DNA of 62,216 nucleotides, counting the filler, from Squatina squatina (taxonomy: Eukaryota), in assembly GCA_031763465.1 (NCBI GenBank). It is 3 parts of 3 records of this genome, joined end to end, with 100 filler letters (N's around TTAATTAATTAA, not from the genome) between each part and the next. Parts side by side here need not be neighbours in the genome. Positions count along the whole stretch, not along the records: positions 1 to 15,687 come from JARFOE010000001.1; positions 15,788 to 35,787 come from JARFOE010000115.1; 1 more part is not named here. One strand, written 5' to 3'. The notes beneath the pieces were generated by a model, which was not told where the DNA came from, searched no databases, and saw only the letters and a program-made list of their open reading frames with translations. The position numbers and the translations under genes are program-made. Below, in pieces: positions 12,931 to 25,189 of the stretch; the first letter of the stretch is position 1, and every line of letters starts with the position of its first letter.

Positions 12931-13039
12931 TGTACGCATGCTTAGCTTTAGCCTCCCCGTATGCATGACACTACATTTATGAATATTAAATGCCAGTTAC
13001 AGGCCCATTCCCACATTGAATCTAGATTGCTTGTAATCA

Positions 13040-13370
13040 ATTTTTCTCATCTGTGATCCTAACACCTCCGCAAATCTTTGTATCATAAGCAGACTTTCAA
13101 ACAGTTCTTCTGATGCCTTCATCCAGATGATTGATAAGGATGGTAAAGAGCAATGGACCCTAAAACTGATCCTTGCATGACTCCACTACCATTAACAATA
13201 ATCTTCTGTCTAAGAGAATGCAATCAGTTACATATCCACCTCAAAATCCCACAGGACTTTATTTTGTTAAGTAACGTTTTTTTCTGTCATCTTGTCACAA
13301 GCATTTTAAAAATTGAGATGTACATTGTCGACAGGATTACTTACCTCTACCAAGCTAGAAACAAATTTAG
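13040..13370 (-). mobile_element. Old CR1/L2-group RT fragment
   Basis: Minus strand gives SGVMQGSVLGPLLFTILIN-like and DFXNAXDK-like RT remnants. Confidence 0.55.
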
Positions 13371-14564
13371 CTAAGTTGGATGAATATATGCACACAGATT
13401 GGAAAATATATGCTAAGTATTTAGTGGTTCCAAAAGCAAAAAGGAATTGAAAGAAACGGGAGCAAATTATTTTAAAAGATTTTANNNNNNNNNNNNNNNN
13501 NNNNNNNNNNNNNNNNNNNNNNNNNNNNNNNNNNNNNNNNNNNNNNNNNNNNNNNNNNNNNNNNNNNNNNNNNNNNNNNNNNNNCCCTGAATCAACCGTT
13601 GTGTATTTTTTTTAAATCGCAATGCAGAATCCAAAGGTGCGTCCTTGCTGTGCTCCGCCCTCCTGGCCAAACAAAGATTGGTCCGGTAAAAGCTATGATA
13701 AGCTCACTCTCCCCATTCATTACTGCCTAATTATATAGCTTTGGGACTTGACAGTTTTAGATTACAGCCTAGACTGGCTAATAAAAAGGGAAGTAAAGCA
13801 TGACATTCCTGTGTTTAAAAAAAACATCCATCCTCCCACAGTAAAAAATGGTTGGAATAATCCAGCACAGGTTAGGACCAAAATAAAGTTTGAGATTAGT
13901 TTAACAAGTACATAAATATGCCCCCGTGTAACCAGATTTATGGACATCACAAAATCTCCTACATTTTGTATAACAATTTGCAGCTGAGATCACAGGATTG
14001 CATCAAAAGGATTTCATGCTTTAGAAATACAGCATTTGTTTGAGAAGTAATACCGTGAAAGCTTTCTTTTTTCTTTAAATGCCAAGAACACTGGTTACTT
14101 GTGTTCTGAGTGTTGACCGTGCTCAAGAAAGGGATTTTTCTCTGTGTGGTGACATCGCTGAGGTATTCTTGTGCTGGGTGTGGTCCAGGGTACGCCTCTT
14201 TGGGTGTCAGTCACTTGTTATAAACATGTAAGTAATCCTGGAAGATACCAAAGTTAATGAGGCACAGATACCTAGGCATATGAAAAAACAATATTTTTTT
14301 TTACTCCCCTAACTTTTCAATCTTTCTTCAAAAAAGGGTCCTACACAGGACCAGATTAGGTGGGGCATATTTATGGCACTCTAATGAGCTATTTCTGAGC
14401 TCAGTCCTCAGTTTTAGCCATGTCATGGTCTGTTCTAATAAACATCTTCACGGTTTTCATTCGTTTTGGTTTCCCGGCATTCAGTTTAAGTACTGACTCC
14501 ATTTTGTGTGACATCTTTTAAGCTAAATCCCCATTTTGAGAAAACCATTCAGGCAATTTACAGG

Positions 14565-15107
14565 GCAGTTTTGGTCCCCTTATTTAAGGAAGGATATACT
14601 TGCATTGGAGGCTGTTCAGAGAAGAGAACTTGGTTGATTCCGGGTATGGAAGGGTTGTCTTATGAGGAAAGGTTGAGCAGGTTGGGCCTATACTCATTGG
14701 AGTTTCGAAGAATGAGAGGTGATCTTATTGAAACGTATAAGATTCTGAGGGGGCTTGACAGGGTAAATGCTGAGAGGATGTTTCCCCTCGTGGGGGAATC
14801 TAGAATAAGGGGGCATTGTCTCAGAATAAGGGGTCGTCCATTTAAGACGGAGATGAGAAGGAGTTTCTTCTCTCAGAGGGTTGTAAATCTTTGGAATTCT
14901 TTATTCCAAAGAGCTGTGGAGGATGAGTCATTGAATATATTCAAGGCTGAGAGAGGCAGATTTTTGAGCAACAAGGGAGTCAAAGGATATGGGGATCAGG
15001 CAGGAAAGTGGAGTTGAGGCCAGAATCAGATCAGCCATGATCCTATAGAATTTGCAGGCTCGAGGGGCCGAATGGCCTACTCCTGCTCCTATTTCTTATG
15101 TTCTTAT
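14565..15107 (+). mobile_element. CR1 LINE 3' end (ORF2 C-terminus plus 3' UTR)
   Basis: GLSYEERLSRLGLYSLEFRRMRGDLIETYKILRGLDRV...FFSQRVVNLWNSL, then a CR1 tail ending TTCTTATGTTCTTATG. Confidence 0.92.
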
Positions 15108-15109
15108 GT

Positions 15110-15184
15110 ACATGCACACACACGCTCGCGTGCACACATATGCACACACACGCACGCACATATGCATACGCGCACATACACACA
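15110..15184. repeat. Imperfect (CA)n/(CACG)n microsatellite
   Basis: Alternating purine-pyrimidine tract directly after the CR1 tail. Confidence 0.8.
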
Positions 15185-15687
15185 TGCTGCCAACAATTTT
15201 CCACCCATTTGGTTTATTTCAAAACAGACACCAGCACAAGCACAAACTTTCCATCTGTGCTCCCATAGGTGAGGCTCCACACCGGGACCGTGCATTTGTA
15301 GCATTAACCCTCAGAAGCAAATAGGCAAGAGTTACAGTTATACTTTATTGCAATCTCTCCCCTTTGTTTAGTGATGCTGTACTGGACCAATGCAATTTCA
15401 CCTCAGCTGGAGGAGAGGGAAAATCTATTGCTTGGCACAGCTGCAGGGCTGGAGCTGCTATTGATCTGATGTCCTTTATTCATCATCAATGGGAAATGCC
15501 CAGATGTCAAAGCCTGACAATCATTCTTGAAACAGCAATGGTTTCACCTGGCTTCAGGCCATATTTAAGCTGAAACAGATTCTTATTCCCATTGCCAATG
15601 TAGAGTTTCTAATATGCCCTGAATTTGCGATCGGAGGCTTCCTGCGTGCGATAGCCTCCAATTGCAAAAGTGTCTACGAACATACCT

Positions 15688-15787
15688 NNNNNNNNNNNNN
15701 NNNNNNNNNNNNNNNNNNNNNNNNNNNNNNNTTAATTAATTAANNNNNNNNNNNNNNNNNNNNNNNNNNNNNNNNNNNNNNNNNNNN
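15688..15787. other. Artificial scaffold linker (N44-TTAATTAATTAA-N44)
   Basis: Six-frame-stop palindrome centred in a 100-nt gap. Gene neighbourhood changes across it. Confidence 0.93.
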
Positions 15788-15936
15788 GCTTTCAAGAAGT
15801 TGTGATTGGATACCAAACTTGGGTATTAAAAGTCTACATGAGGGTCTCCAGTTATATTCAGTCATGTTCCACTTACCTTTTTCATTACCCAAGCTGAGTT
15901 CCAGGACCAGCTTCACATGGTTATCTGGGGACTGGA

Positions 15937-16076
15937 ACCAGCTCCAGGTGTTTAGTGGCCATTGACCTTGCTGAGGTCTGAGATCAGTTCCGTGCGTTTG
16001 GTAGGCCATTGACTTCACTGAGGTCCAGCTCCATGTGTTTAGGGGCCACTGACTTTGCCAAGGTCTAAGACCAGCA
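15937..16076. repeat. Degenerate tandem repeat, about 41-46 bp x3
   Basis: Units CCAGCTCCAGGTGTTTAGTGGCCATTGACCTTGCTGAGGTCTGAGA, TCAGTTCCGTGCGTTTGGTAGGCCATTGACTTCACTGAGGT and CCAGCTCCATGTGTTTAGGGGCCACTGACTTTGCCAAGGTCTAAGA. Confidence 0.75.
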
Positions 16077-17204
16077 TTTTTACTGCCAACAGCTTTTGTT
16101 TTGCAGACAGAGCTCTTTTGCTTCTAGTTGGAAAATTGTCGCGGTTAACCAGTGCTCACTTCCACTTATGATGATCAACAATAATGACTGGGCTGCCAGA
16201 ATAGAAAGAGCTTTGTAGGAGGAATAAAAGTTGAGCAACTGACAGTTCCATATTTATGTTACATCATGCCTCAAAGTCCTGTGCAGACCGCAGAAAATCG
16301 TTCCAAGATCCAGAAATGGCTCGCGATTCACCATCTTCTCTATACTGTGGGAGGAACAGAAGTGAAGTTGGCGTAAGAGGGCCCTGGGAAAGAATGAGTT
16401 AGATTGGACAATGGTGCAATGAGTTTTGATTTCAACCCACTGAGGATCTAGGGAAAAGAAGATGTGGGATATGATGCGGTAAATTTAATGACAATAACTG
16501 ATCAAGTGCAGAGCTTCAATGAGTCAGAAGCATGTATTTGGAATTTGAACAGAGTTCACCAGGCCTGATTCACAGCCTGCAACAAGAGCACATATCAGGA
16601 ATTCAGGTGTGGAGTTCAGGAAAACTAATTTGTAGCTTGCACGATTTTCTTTCCATTAGTTTCATTGGAAAATTACTCGAAATGCAGTGCGTCTCTCAGA
16701 ACAATGTAAGGCAGATGATATTTTGCAAGAAAAATGAGATTCTACGTGTTCCGACCCATTGTTACCTTAAATGTTTACTGTATGAGGGACATGACCTATT
16801 ATGACTGAATAGTTCTAGATGAACCAGAGCAACAAAGCCAGAATCCATTTATCATAATCCTATTCAAGAGAAACAAAGCAGATCTCTGGCAACAGGCTGA
16901 GTGAAAACAAATTACCAACAGCCAGAGAATAGACCAAGGGGAGTGGGGCCGAGGATTTATTGACAATGAGTGTGTAATGAAACGTGACTCCCTTTTCTTT
17001 AGGCACTCCTGTCANNNNNNNNNNCTAAGGAAAGCAAATAAAAGGAGGCATTGTGTTGGGAAAAAGGAATGGTGAACAAGCTGTGCACAGGGCAGAAGCA
17101 AAACAAAACTCCCTGAATTTATTTCCCCCCTGCAAAAATCAGATTTTTCTGAAAGCTGTCCAGGTGTTTAGTTAGACAACTGCTCCAAAGCAAGAAACAC
17201 AGGC

Positions 17205-17312
17205 AGGTTTTCTCATTGAAACATATAAAATTCTTACAGGGCTCGACAGGGTAGATGCAGGGCGGATATTTCCCCTGGCGAGGGGGATCTAGAATCAGTG
17301 GCCACAGTCTCA
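17205..17312 (+). mobile_element. CR1 ORF2 fragment
   Basis: LIETYKILTGLDRVDAGRIFPLA, homologous to about 14725-14825. Confidence 0.8.
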
Positions 17313-19170
17313 NNNNNNNNNNNNNNNNNNNNNNNNNNNNNNNNNNNNNNNNNNNNNNNNNNNNNNNNNNNNNNNNNNNNNNNNNNNNNNNNNNNNNNNN
17401 NNNNNNNNNNNNTTGGCTCTGATATTAGATTTGCCATTTACTATATTGGCAAAGGGAGGGGCTGCCTTGTATCAGGCAGTGATCCAGACAGAACAGATGG
17501 CAAAATAAGGACTGATTAGGCAAAACTTCTCAGTCAAATATGCAGTGTTAAAGAGAATTTGTGTTCCGCATTCACTGAATGTCACTAAGTGGGACATAAA
17601 ACCTGGGCAATTTCCTGTATTACTCTCTCTCTATAATTGGAGGTTATTCAATGTGCAGCACTTCATATCCAGCCTTCTGCTCTTAAGATTGGAAAGACAA
17701 AGAGATATCAGTGATCTCGCCACATTCAGGGCTGTGGGAAGCATTATACATTGACGGTCCTAATTATTCCACACCCGTGAAGTGAATGTTGATTTTGTGT
17801 CCCTTCTTTTTACAAAGAGAGCAAGCTGAAGAAGGACGGCTAAATGATGCCTTGTTAATATTCATCCCCTCCGCAAGCACACTGAGACATTTGAACTGGT
17901 AGAGTTACGGATGGATAGGAGAGAGACTGGGGGGGTCCGAAACCAGGAGTTTGCATTTTTGATCAGTTCCAGAGGCTCGTTAATCTGTTTTAAAAAAAAG
18001 CTCGAGAGAAAGTATGAAAACCAGTAGCACGATCCAAGAAAGGCAGCTTTTATTCTGTTGCGGATTCCTTCTGAACCAGGTGTCCAAAGTGCAGCTCTTG
18101 AGGTACATCAGCATCAGATATGCAGAGGAAACTGAGTATTTTCCAAGTGACAGACGGGGAACAGTTCAAGTCATTTTCTAGGCTGCTAAGCCAGCCAAGC
18201 ACTGAGAGAAAGAGAGGGAGAGAATAAAAGTNNNNNNNNNNNNNNNNNNNNNNNNNNNNNNNNNNNNNNNNNNNNNNNNNNNNNNNNNNNNNNNNNNNNN
18301 NNNNNNNNNNNNNNNNNNNNNNNNNNNNNNNATTTGAAAATAAGAATGATAACTTTAATATCAAGGCTTTGCCAGACCGGGAACTAATATGTGTCAGCGA
18401 GCACAGAATAAGCCTGCAAAAGAAAGGGAGTATGTGTACCCATTACTGTGGCAAGCGACACCAGAATATATATACCTAACCTGGGAAATACGTAACGCTG
18501 TCAATTCCGGAAACCTCAGCGCAAGATATGTTGCACCTTGAGAGGCAAAACTAATCAGAAGAAATAAGGGTGTTTTAAGTCTTGTGGAGGCAGTCCATAG
18601 TTTTTTTGCTAACACCAATGTAATTCATAGATAAACGCTGAAGTGGAATGCAATCCGGGCTCAGCAACCTCTTGTACATAAGCCAGCTCTGTTACACGAG
18701 GACAGGTGGAGAAGGAATAGTATGAATGTTTGAAGAAAGAATGAATAATCACCACTATATTCTGTACTCAATAAGCAGAGCTTTTGTTGCATTTCAGAGG
18801 AGCACAAATTCTCTTGAATGTATTACATTACTCTATGTAAACATACACTCCACTCTTGTAACAACACAGTCCTTAAGAGTTGAACAGTTGTGTGGTTTAA
18901 TGAGGTGGGCGTTGTAGTGAATATCCCCAATGGTCTAGTCTTGAGATGGTGCAGCCTTGCAGGAGACAGAGAACTGAGAGATCTATAATGAGGGTGAGGT
19001 GTAGTATTATTTTCTAACAGCACAGCAAACATAGTGTTTCCTTCTGCATTACAGCAGCTTTTAATAGTTCATTTTGCACTTTAGAAGTGGAAAATCCTGA
19101 AGAAGGCATTTTCAGCACAAGGAAGTACAGGGTAAGTACAGTTAGTGATCATATTCAATGGATATAAAAT

Positions 19171-19646
19171 GGGCCAGAATTACTGGGCAAACAGCGGTGA
19201 GTTTAGTGCTCTCGCCGTTATTAGTGTGTGACCAATCCAGCAGTGTGTGGCGAGGAAGAGATTCTCAATCAGCTGTGAATCGCCACAGNNNNNNNNNNCT
19301 GCCGTTAGCCTCACAAAATTGGCAGCTCACTCTCAATCAATCTTCCCTTTAAATTTTTTTTTGGGTGAGCGACCCCTTTAAGGGGCTCACAGCCCATTCA
19401 AAATGCTGCGCAGGCGTGAGTTTTTTTTTGCATTGGAAACCTGTGAGCTGGCTGTGCAGGAGATCCCGGGAGCAGCGCAGCCGTGTGGCTTAAAGGGAAC
19501 ATCGCTCTCAATCTCAAGTTTCAAGGAATTGCTGCATTTGCGCATTAATTACCCCAAAAGAAAGTTAGGGCTGGTATTTAAGAGCATAAGGAGCCTTTTA
19601 ATGCGGAGACTTATGTTCCTGCAATGCCTACTGACCTCCCTGACCC
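19171..19646. mobile_element. Harbinger-like element end interrupted by a MITE
   Basis: Starts GGGCCAGAATT; hosts the insertion at 19338-19504. Confidence 0.45.
19338..19504. mobile_element. hAT-type MITE, copy 1
   Basis: TIRs CAATCTTCCCTTTAA and TTAAAGGGAACATCG (13/15 match). Perfect 8-bp TSD CTCTCAAT at 19330-19337 and 19505-19512. Confidence 0.85.
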
Positions 19647-20804
19647 AGAAAGGGAACAATTGGAACNNNNNNNNNNNNNNNNNNNNNNNNNNNNNNNNNN
19701 NNNNNNNNNNNNNNNNNNNNNNNNNNNNNNNNNNNNNNNNNNNNNNNNNNNNNNNNNNNNNNNNNNCAATTAAATTAAACTGCACTCCTAGAAATAGATA
19801 CATCAGTAAAACTTTAAGGATCACATGTATCTATGCACAAATATTATGTTCAAATCGGCTGTTGTCGAGTCCCATGGTCCCTGAGAGATGAGTCTTACCC
19901 ATCCCTTCCCTCCTTTCCTCAAGGCAGGATTTTTCCTGCTGAACGTGAGAATTGAGGTCTGGTGAAGTGTGGTCATTGTGGGGCTCTTGAGGGACCAAGT
20001 CCCTACCTTGCTGGCCTACTTCCCAACTGAAAAAAACTCATTACAGGTATAGTTGATAAGGTCAAGTGTGAAGTTACATCTGTGGCCAAAACACTGTGCA
20101 ACAAGTGTTGTAACTGCTTCCTGACAGCAGTCAGACCCTTCAGAAGAATGCCACTACACAGCTTGACTGCATTGACAGTAAAATGCCAGTGTTTCTGTTC
20201 TATTGCAAATACACGTTATCATCAATTAATGTACAAGTTTGCCTGGAGCTTGCTGCCGATATTCTGATGTTACCAGCTGATAAGGCTCCACTTCCATTCA
20301 TTATAATGGAATGTGGAGCTCACTCTGAATTATGTAGGACACCCAGTTGTTTTGGGCTACTGATCTCAGCTGTACAAAGAGTCTATCTAGCAATCATCTG
20401 GCACTGCATTCTAACAGGTGAATTACAGGTTCCTATCATTTAAATGCAGGCAGTCCATTCTCTTTGCAATGATTCAGACGGGGGTGCTATATGAAGATAA
20501 TTCAACATAGTTAATCTGGCTACTGGGACATTTCGAAGAGCTGTCACTGATCTATCTTAATAGGATGGATTTATTTAAAGCACAGTCTTTCAGGAGCAAC
20601 ACCAGTATTCATCCATCACTGGCCTTATAGCATGTTCGTTCAACAATTAATTACAGCAACAGTCCAACCGCAAAGCCCCGTGAATACATGCCACAAACAG
20701 ATCCCCCTTCGCATGTTCATAAAATTAACTTTTAATCTGATTTATTATGTACATAGAGAACTGTGCAATATTGCAAGGAAGTGATAGCCTTACGATAGCT
20801 CGTG

Positions 20805-20901
20805 AGTTGTTATGCACTGCCTGAAAGGGCGGTGGAAGCAGATTCAATAATAACTTTCAAAAAGGGAATTGAATAAATACTTGAAGGAAAGAAATGTGCA
20901 G
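20805..20901 (+). mobile_element. CR1 ORF2 3' fragment
   Basis: LPERAVEADSIITFKRELNKYL, the CR1 ORF2 C-terminal motif. Confidence 0.75.
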
Positions 20902-22034
20902 NNNNNNNNNNNNNNNNNNNNNNNNNNNNNNNNNNNNNNNNNNNNNNNNNNNNNNNNNNNNNNNNNNNNNNNNNNNNNNNNNNNNNNNNNNNNNNNNNNN
21001 NACAATGAAAGCAGTATAACATTATGACTGTACAATCTTTTCTCCACAGTAACTCCTGGAACCTAACGGTGAGTCAGAGAAGCCTCAGTTTCTGAATTCT
21101 TGACCTAAGAGTTGGAGAGATTGCTGCATTAAATTAGCATAAATTGCAGGCAGAAATGGACTCTGTTAATCAGCTTACTAATTTATCACTAACAATCAGA
21201 ACTATTTGGGAAGAAATGTTTCTATAATATATGAGTGTTCAGAATATTATTTTTGGATCAACGTAATGGCCGTTGTTGGTGTTTCAGATTATTTTTTAAT
21301 AAGCTGATTTAATTATTCTCAAAACATAGTGTTCATGTTTCATAAGTGACCAATGTTTGACAATTTGATGAAAGAGGTCATTTGTTTCTTGGGCGACTTA
21401 AATTGATTCCAAGAGATCAGTTCAATGATATGCAAATTAAAACATCAAATAGAATTGTTAAAGGATGATGTCACCTGCTAAAGTCAGCTGAACCAGATTT
21501 GGGGAAAGTGATGTAAACAATGAGACTGTGTCACTATCACTTCCCATCACCGATGTTCATGCTATGGTGATATCATCTGACGTACGGTAAACATAGCTCC
21601 CTGTATATAATAACACACTCTCAGGAACGTTTTCTAAGGGGGCACTTAAGTATGTTTGGAAACCTCCCTAATGTGTTGGCAGAACCCTTTCAAAATTTCA
21701 GAATAAATCCAACATAGAAACATAAAAACATAGAAAATAGGTGCAGGAGTAGGCCATTTGGNNNNNNNNNNNNNNNNNNNNNNNNNNNNNNNNNNNNNNN
21801 NNNNNNNNNNNNNNNNNNNNNNNNNNNNNNNNNNNNNNNNNNNNNNNNNNNNNNNNNNNNNATTGACATTTGAATTGCTTTGCTACCATATGAAAAAGAT
21901 GCACTATGGTAGTATCTTCACCAGACGGACTGCAGAGCTTCAAGAAGATGGCTCACCACCACCTTCTCAAGGGCAATAAATGTTAGTGCCACCCTAATCC
22001 CAGGAACAAATAAAAATAAATAATGATTTTTACA

Positions 22035-22230
22035 TCCATCTGAGGGGGCAGTCAGCATCCTAATTCAGCGTCTCATGGAAGACAGCACCTCCACCAAGGC
22101 AGCGCTCCTTCAGTCCTGCACGGACATGTCAATCGAGATCAATTTCATGCTCGAGTCTCTGGAGTGGGGCTCCAATCCATGGCCTTCTGACTCAGGAGAG
22201 ACCAATATCACTGAGCCCAGGCTGCCACCT
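22035..22230 (-). mobile_element. DeuSINE 5' fragment
   Basis: Reverse-complement similarity to the 5' half of the SINE at 51815-52245. Confidence 0.65.
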
Positions 22231-22539
22231 TAAAAGTACAATCCCAAGTTCAAACCCAGGCTGTGCTGAACTTGCTGATGTGCTTACAAAAGTCTGTCAT
22301 TCCTCATGGCCTGCATGCGACATTATGAAACATTCAACCTCTATTCTGAAGTAAATGACACTCGTGGGGAGATTTAAGCGGCCCCGTGCATTGAACTGAA
22401 CAAACGGGAGAACTCGTGGCATTGTCGAAAGCACAAGGCGCACTTTCTCGGCATGGGGAGCACATAAGAACCTGCCTCCTCTCTGTGGATTTCTGTCGAA
22501 AGCACAATGCTGGCAGAGTGCAGGCACGTTATGAAGTGA

Positions 22540-22700
22540 TTAATTCCCGTTTGTCATGTTGAATGATTGTGTCTGCCGATTTGGCAAGCCTACCGTATTG
22601 TGATTAATTTTATATTGTCATGTTGAGTGATTGCGCCTGGAATCTCTGCCCAATTCCAATAATGTGATCATTTTTATATCGTTATATAGAATAATTGAGC
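22540..22700. repeat. Degenerate tandem duplication, about 64 bp x2.5
   Basis: TGTCATGTTGA(A/G)TGATTG...TGTGAT(T/C)A(A/T)TTTTATAT recurs at about 64-bp spacing. Confidence 0.65.
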
Positions 22701-24281
22701 GGATGTTAATGCAGTTAGTGGCGTAAATGTTTTAAACAGATATTGTAATACCACAGAAGCATATGGAAATGTTGAGGGATTATCTACTCTCACAATAGAT
22801 TATATGTGCAGATATACCATCAAATATAAATCACCTTTATGGGAGAATTATTAAGAATTAATCGCAATTCTTAGTGTTATCCAACAGCTGCCTCTCCGCC
22901 TCTTGGTCGCAGGCTTTCAGGTGCTCTTTGCTTGTTGCTTGTTATTTGAATGTTCTACAATTCACTTTAAGTTGGCTGGATAACATCTGTTGTGCAGCAT
23001 TCTATATTACTAGATTGCCACCATGATGCAGCCCTTTACTCATTTCAAGCCACAGTAAGAAGATAATTGCACTGCAAAAAAACCACATAGATATTCAGGC
23101 CATTGAAGGACGCCTCTGAAGGCTTGGGGCTTTATGCAAAGCAAGAGAACAGGCGCAATGAATTAAATATAGAAACTTCAGGCCGTGTGAATGAAGATCA
23201 AAGCACATGAGCAGAAAGCACCAGTTTCTGTGCCCTGCGACCTTGCCTTGTACATATGGCACAATGTGTTGTTGCACAAACACAGTGCTAAATAGGCCAC
23301 ATCTTGTGTAAGACATCAATTATAGTATTTCTCAGTGGTCATGCTTTACTAAAAGAGCATGAATGGTATTTTGCACAATTGAAGTTGGGATTCATATTTC
23401 AATCTGAGGTTGCAGGAATGAACACAAGTTTACACTATTAATTGGAATTCACATTCAAACTATAATGGCAACCTTAGAACAGTGATATTGTAAAGATATC
23501 AGAGTAAAGTAAGATCCCAATTCCAAACTGTGGTTCTAACCCTTTAACATTCTTGAATGTGCAAAATCATTCATTGTTTCTGAATTCACTGTAGAGTTTT
23601 AGATTCACTTCAAAGTAACAGCAGGTCACCGAATGCACAAGTTCTATTTGAAAATCCTGACTGACCTGTAACATCATTTAACTCACTAAGAGCTGCACAA
23701 ATGCTTTGGTACTGGACTGAAAATCATATTGCACTTACAGATTTTTCATTTATCCTGTTGAGTATTGGAATATCTTTCCAGCTTTCACATTACTTTCTGC
23801 AAAATCTGCTTTTTTTTCACCCTTTCCAGTGTTGAATAAATCGAAATTAGAGGAATACACAGAATCAAGGATTATGTTTTAAAATGTTCAAAAATAGGCC
23901 ATAATATAGTTACAGAGACAAGAACAAATGGTCAAGTAAAAATAGCAAATGTCCAGCACACCAATCAGCATCTGAAAATTAGAAAGGTAGGTTATAGATT
24001 AGGGAGTGACCCTTCACTGTGGGGACGAAGTTGGCCGACATCACGTCCGATTTTTGGGTGCTAAATGAATGTTCTCTGTACTTGATCGCCCCTCACAATG
24101 TACCAGATGTCAAATCATAACATCAGAGAGAAGGGATGTCATGAAACTTAAACGTCATGATATAATTACTGAGAATTGCACNNNNNNNNNNNNNNNNNNN
24201 NNNNNNNNNNNNNNNNNNNNNNNNNNNNNNNNNNNNNNNNNNNNNNNNNNNNNNNNNNNNNNNNNNNNNNNNNNNNNNNNN

Positions 24282-25110
24282 ATCAATTTCTTGGTCATCC
24301 TTTGCTGAATTCTTAAAATCCTCCCAATCCTCAGGCTTACTACACTTTTTGGCCACATTATCAGCCTCTTCCTTTAATCTAATACTATCTTCAACTTCTC
24401 CTGTCAGCCACGGTTAGACCATTTTTCCTGTGGGTTTCTTATTCCTTAAGGGAATGTGTTAAAAGGCTTTTGCTAGCGAGTAACTTATTCTCATACCCTC
24501 TCGTTGCCCCTTTTATTCAATTTTTCAGTTCTCCTCTGTACTTTGTATATTCAGTTTGGTTCTCTAATGTAGTATGAACCTTACAATTGTTATAAGCCTT
24601 TTTATGTCTCATTTAAACCACTATATCTTTAGTCATCCAGGGAGCTCGATCTTTGGGTGCCTTTACTTTCCCCCTCATGGGAATGTGTCTACATTGTACC
24701 TGAACCATCTCCTCTTTGAAGACCTCCCATTGTTCAATTAATGCTTCACCTATCAATTTTTAATTCCAATCTACCTGGGCCAGATCCTTTTTCAATTCAC
24801 TGAAGTTAGCCGTCCTCCAGTGAAGTATTTTTAGGCCTAATTGTTCCTTCTCCTTTTCTATAACTATTCTAAAGCTGATAATATGATCACTGTTCCCCAA
24901 ATGCTCCCCCTCTGAAACATGCTCTATTGTCCTACTTCATTCCTCAGAACTCGATCCAGCATGGCTTCCTTCCTCATTGGGCTGGAAACACACTGATCAA
25001 GACAGTTCTCTTGCACACATTTCAAGAACTCCTCCCCTTCTTTCCCCTTTACACTGTTACTATCCATTCAAATTAGGATAATTGCAGTCCCCGTTATCAC
25101 GACTCTGCAG
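24282..25110 (-). mobile_element. CR1 ORF2 fragments (endonuclease end / linker)
   Basis: Minus strand LGNSDH-type endonuclease end. Largely colinear with 25800-26286. Confidence 0.78.
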
Positions 25111-25189
25111 TTCGTTTCTAAAATTTCTCCTGCCGCGTGTTAACCTGTTTCATTCTACAATTCTTATTTTTACTAGCACTTAATCACTG

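Noticed and set aside
13630-13660. REST/NRSE-like site (GGAGCACAGCAAGGACGCACC on the minus strand)
   Set aside because: Half-site sequence and spacing deviate too much from TTCAGCACCnnGGACAG.
15732-15743. TTAATTAATTAA palindrome as a regulatory or recombination site
   Set aside because: It is centred in N runs and repeated identically at 35832-35843, so it is an artificial linker.
16300-16600. Minus-strand NSFFPRA motif suggesting an old LINE C-terminus
   Set aside because: A single short motif is too little to call.
19890-19960. Minus-strand GGATGG|GTAAG donor as a possible Eph exon 2 end
   Set aside because: The upstream translation does not resemble an Eph receptor.
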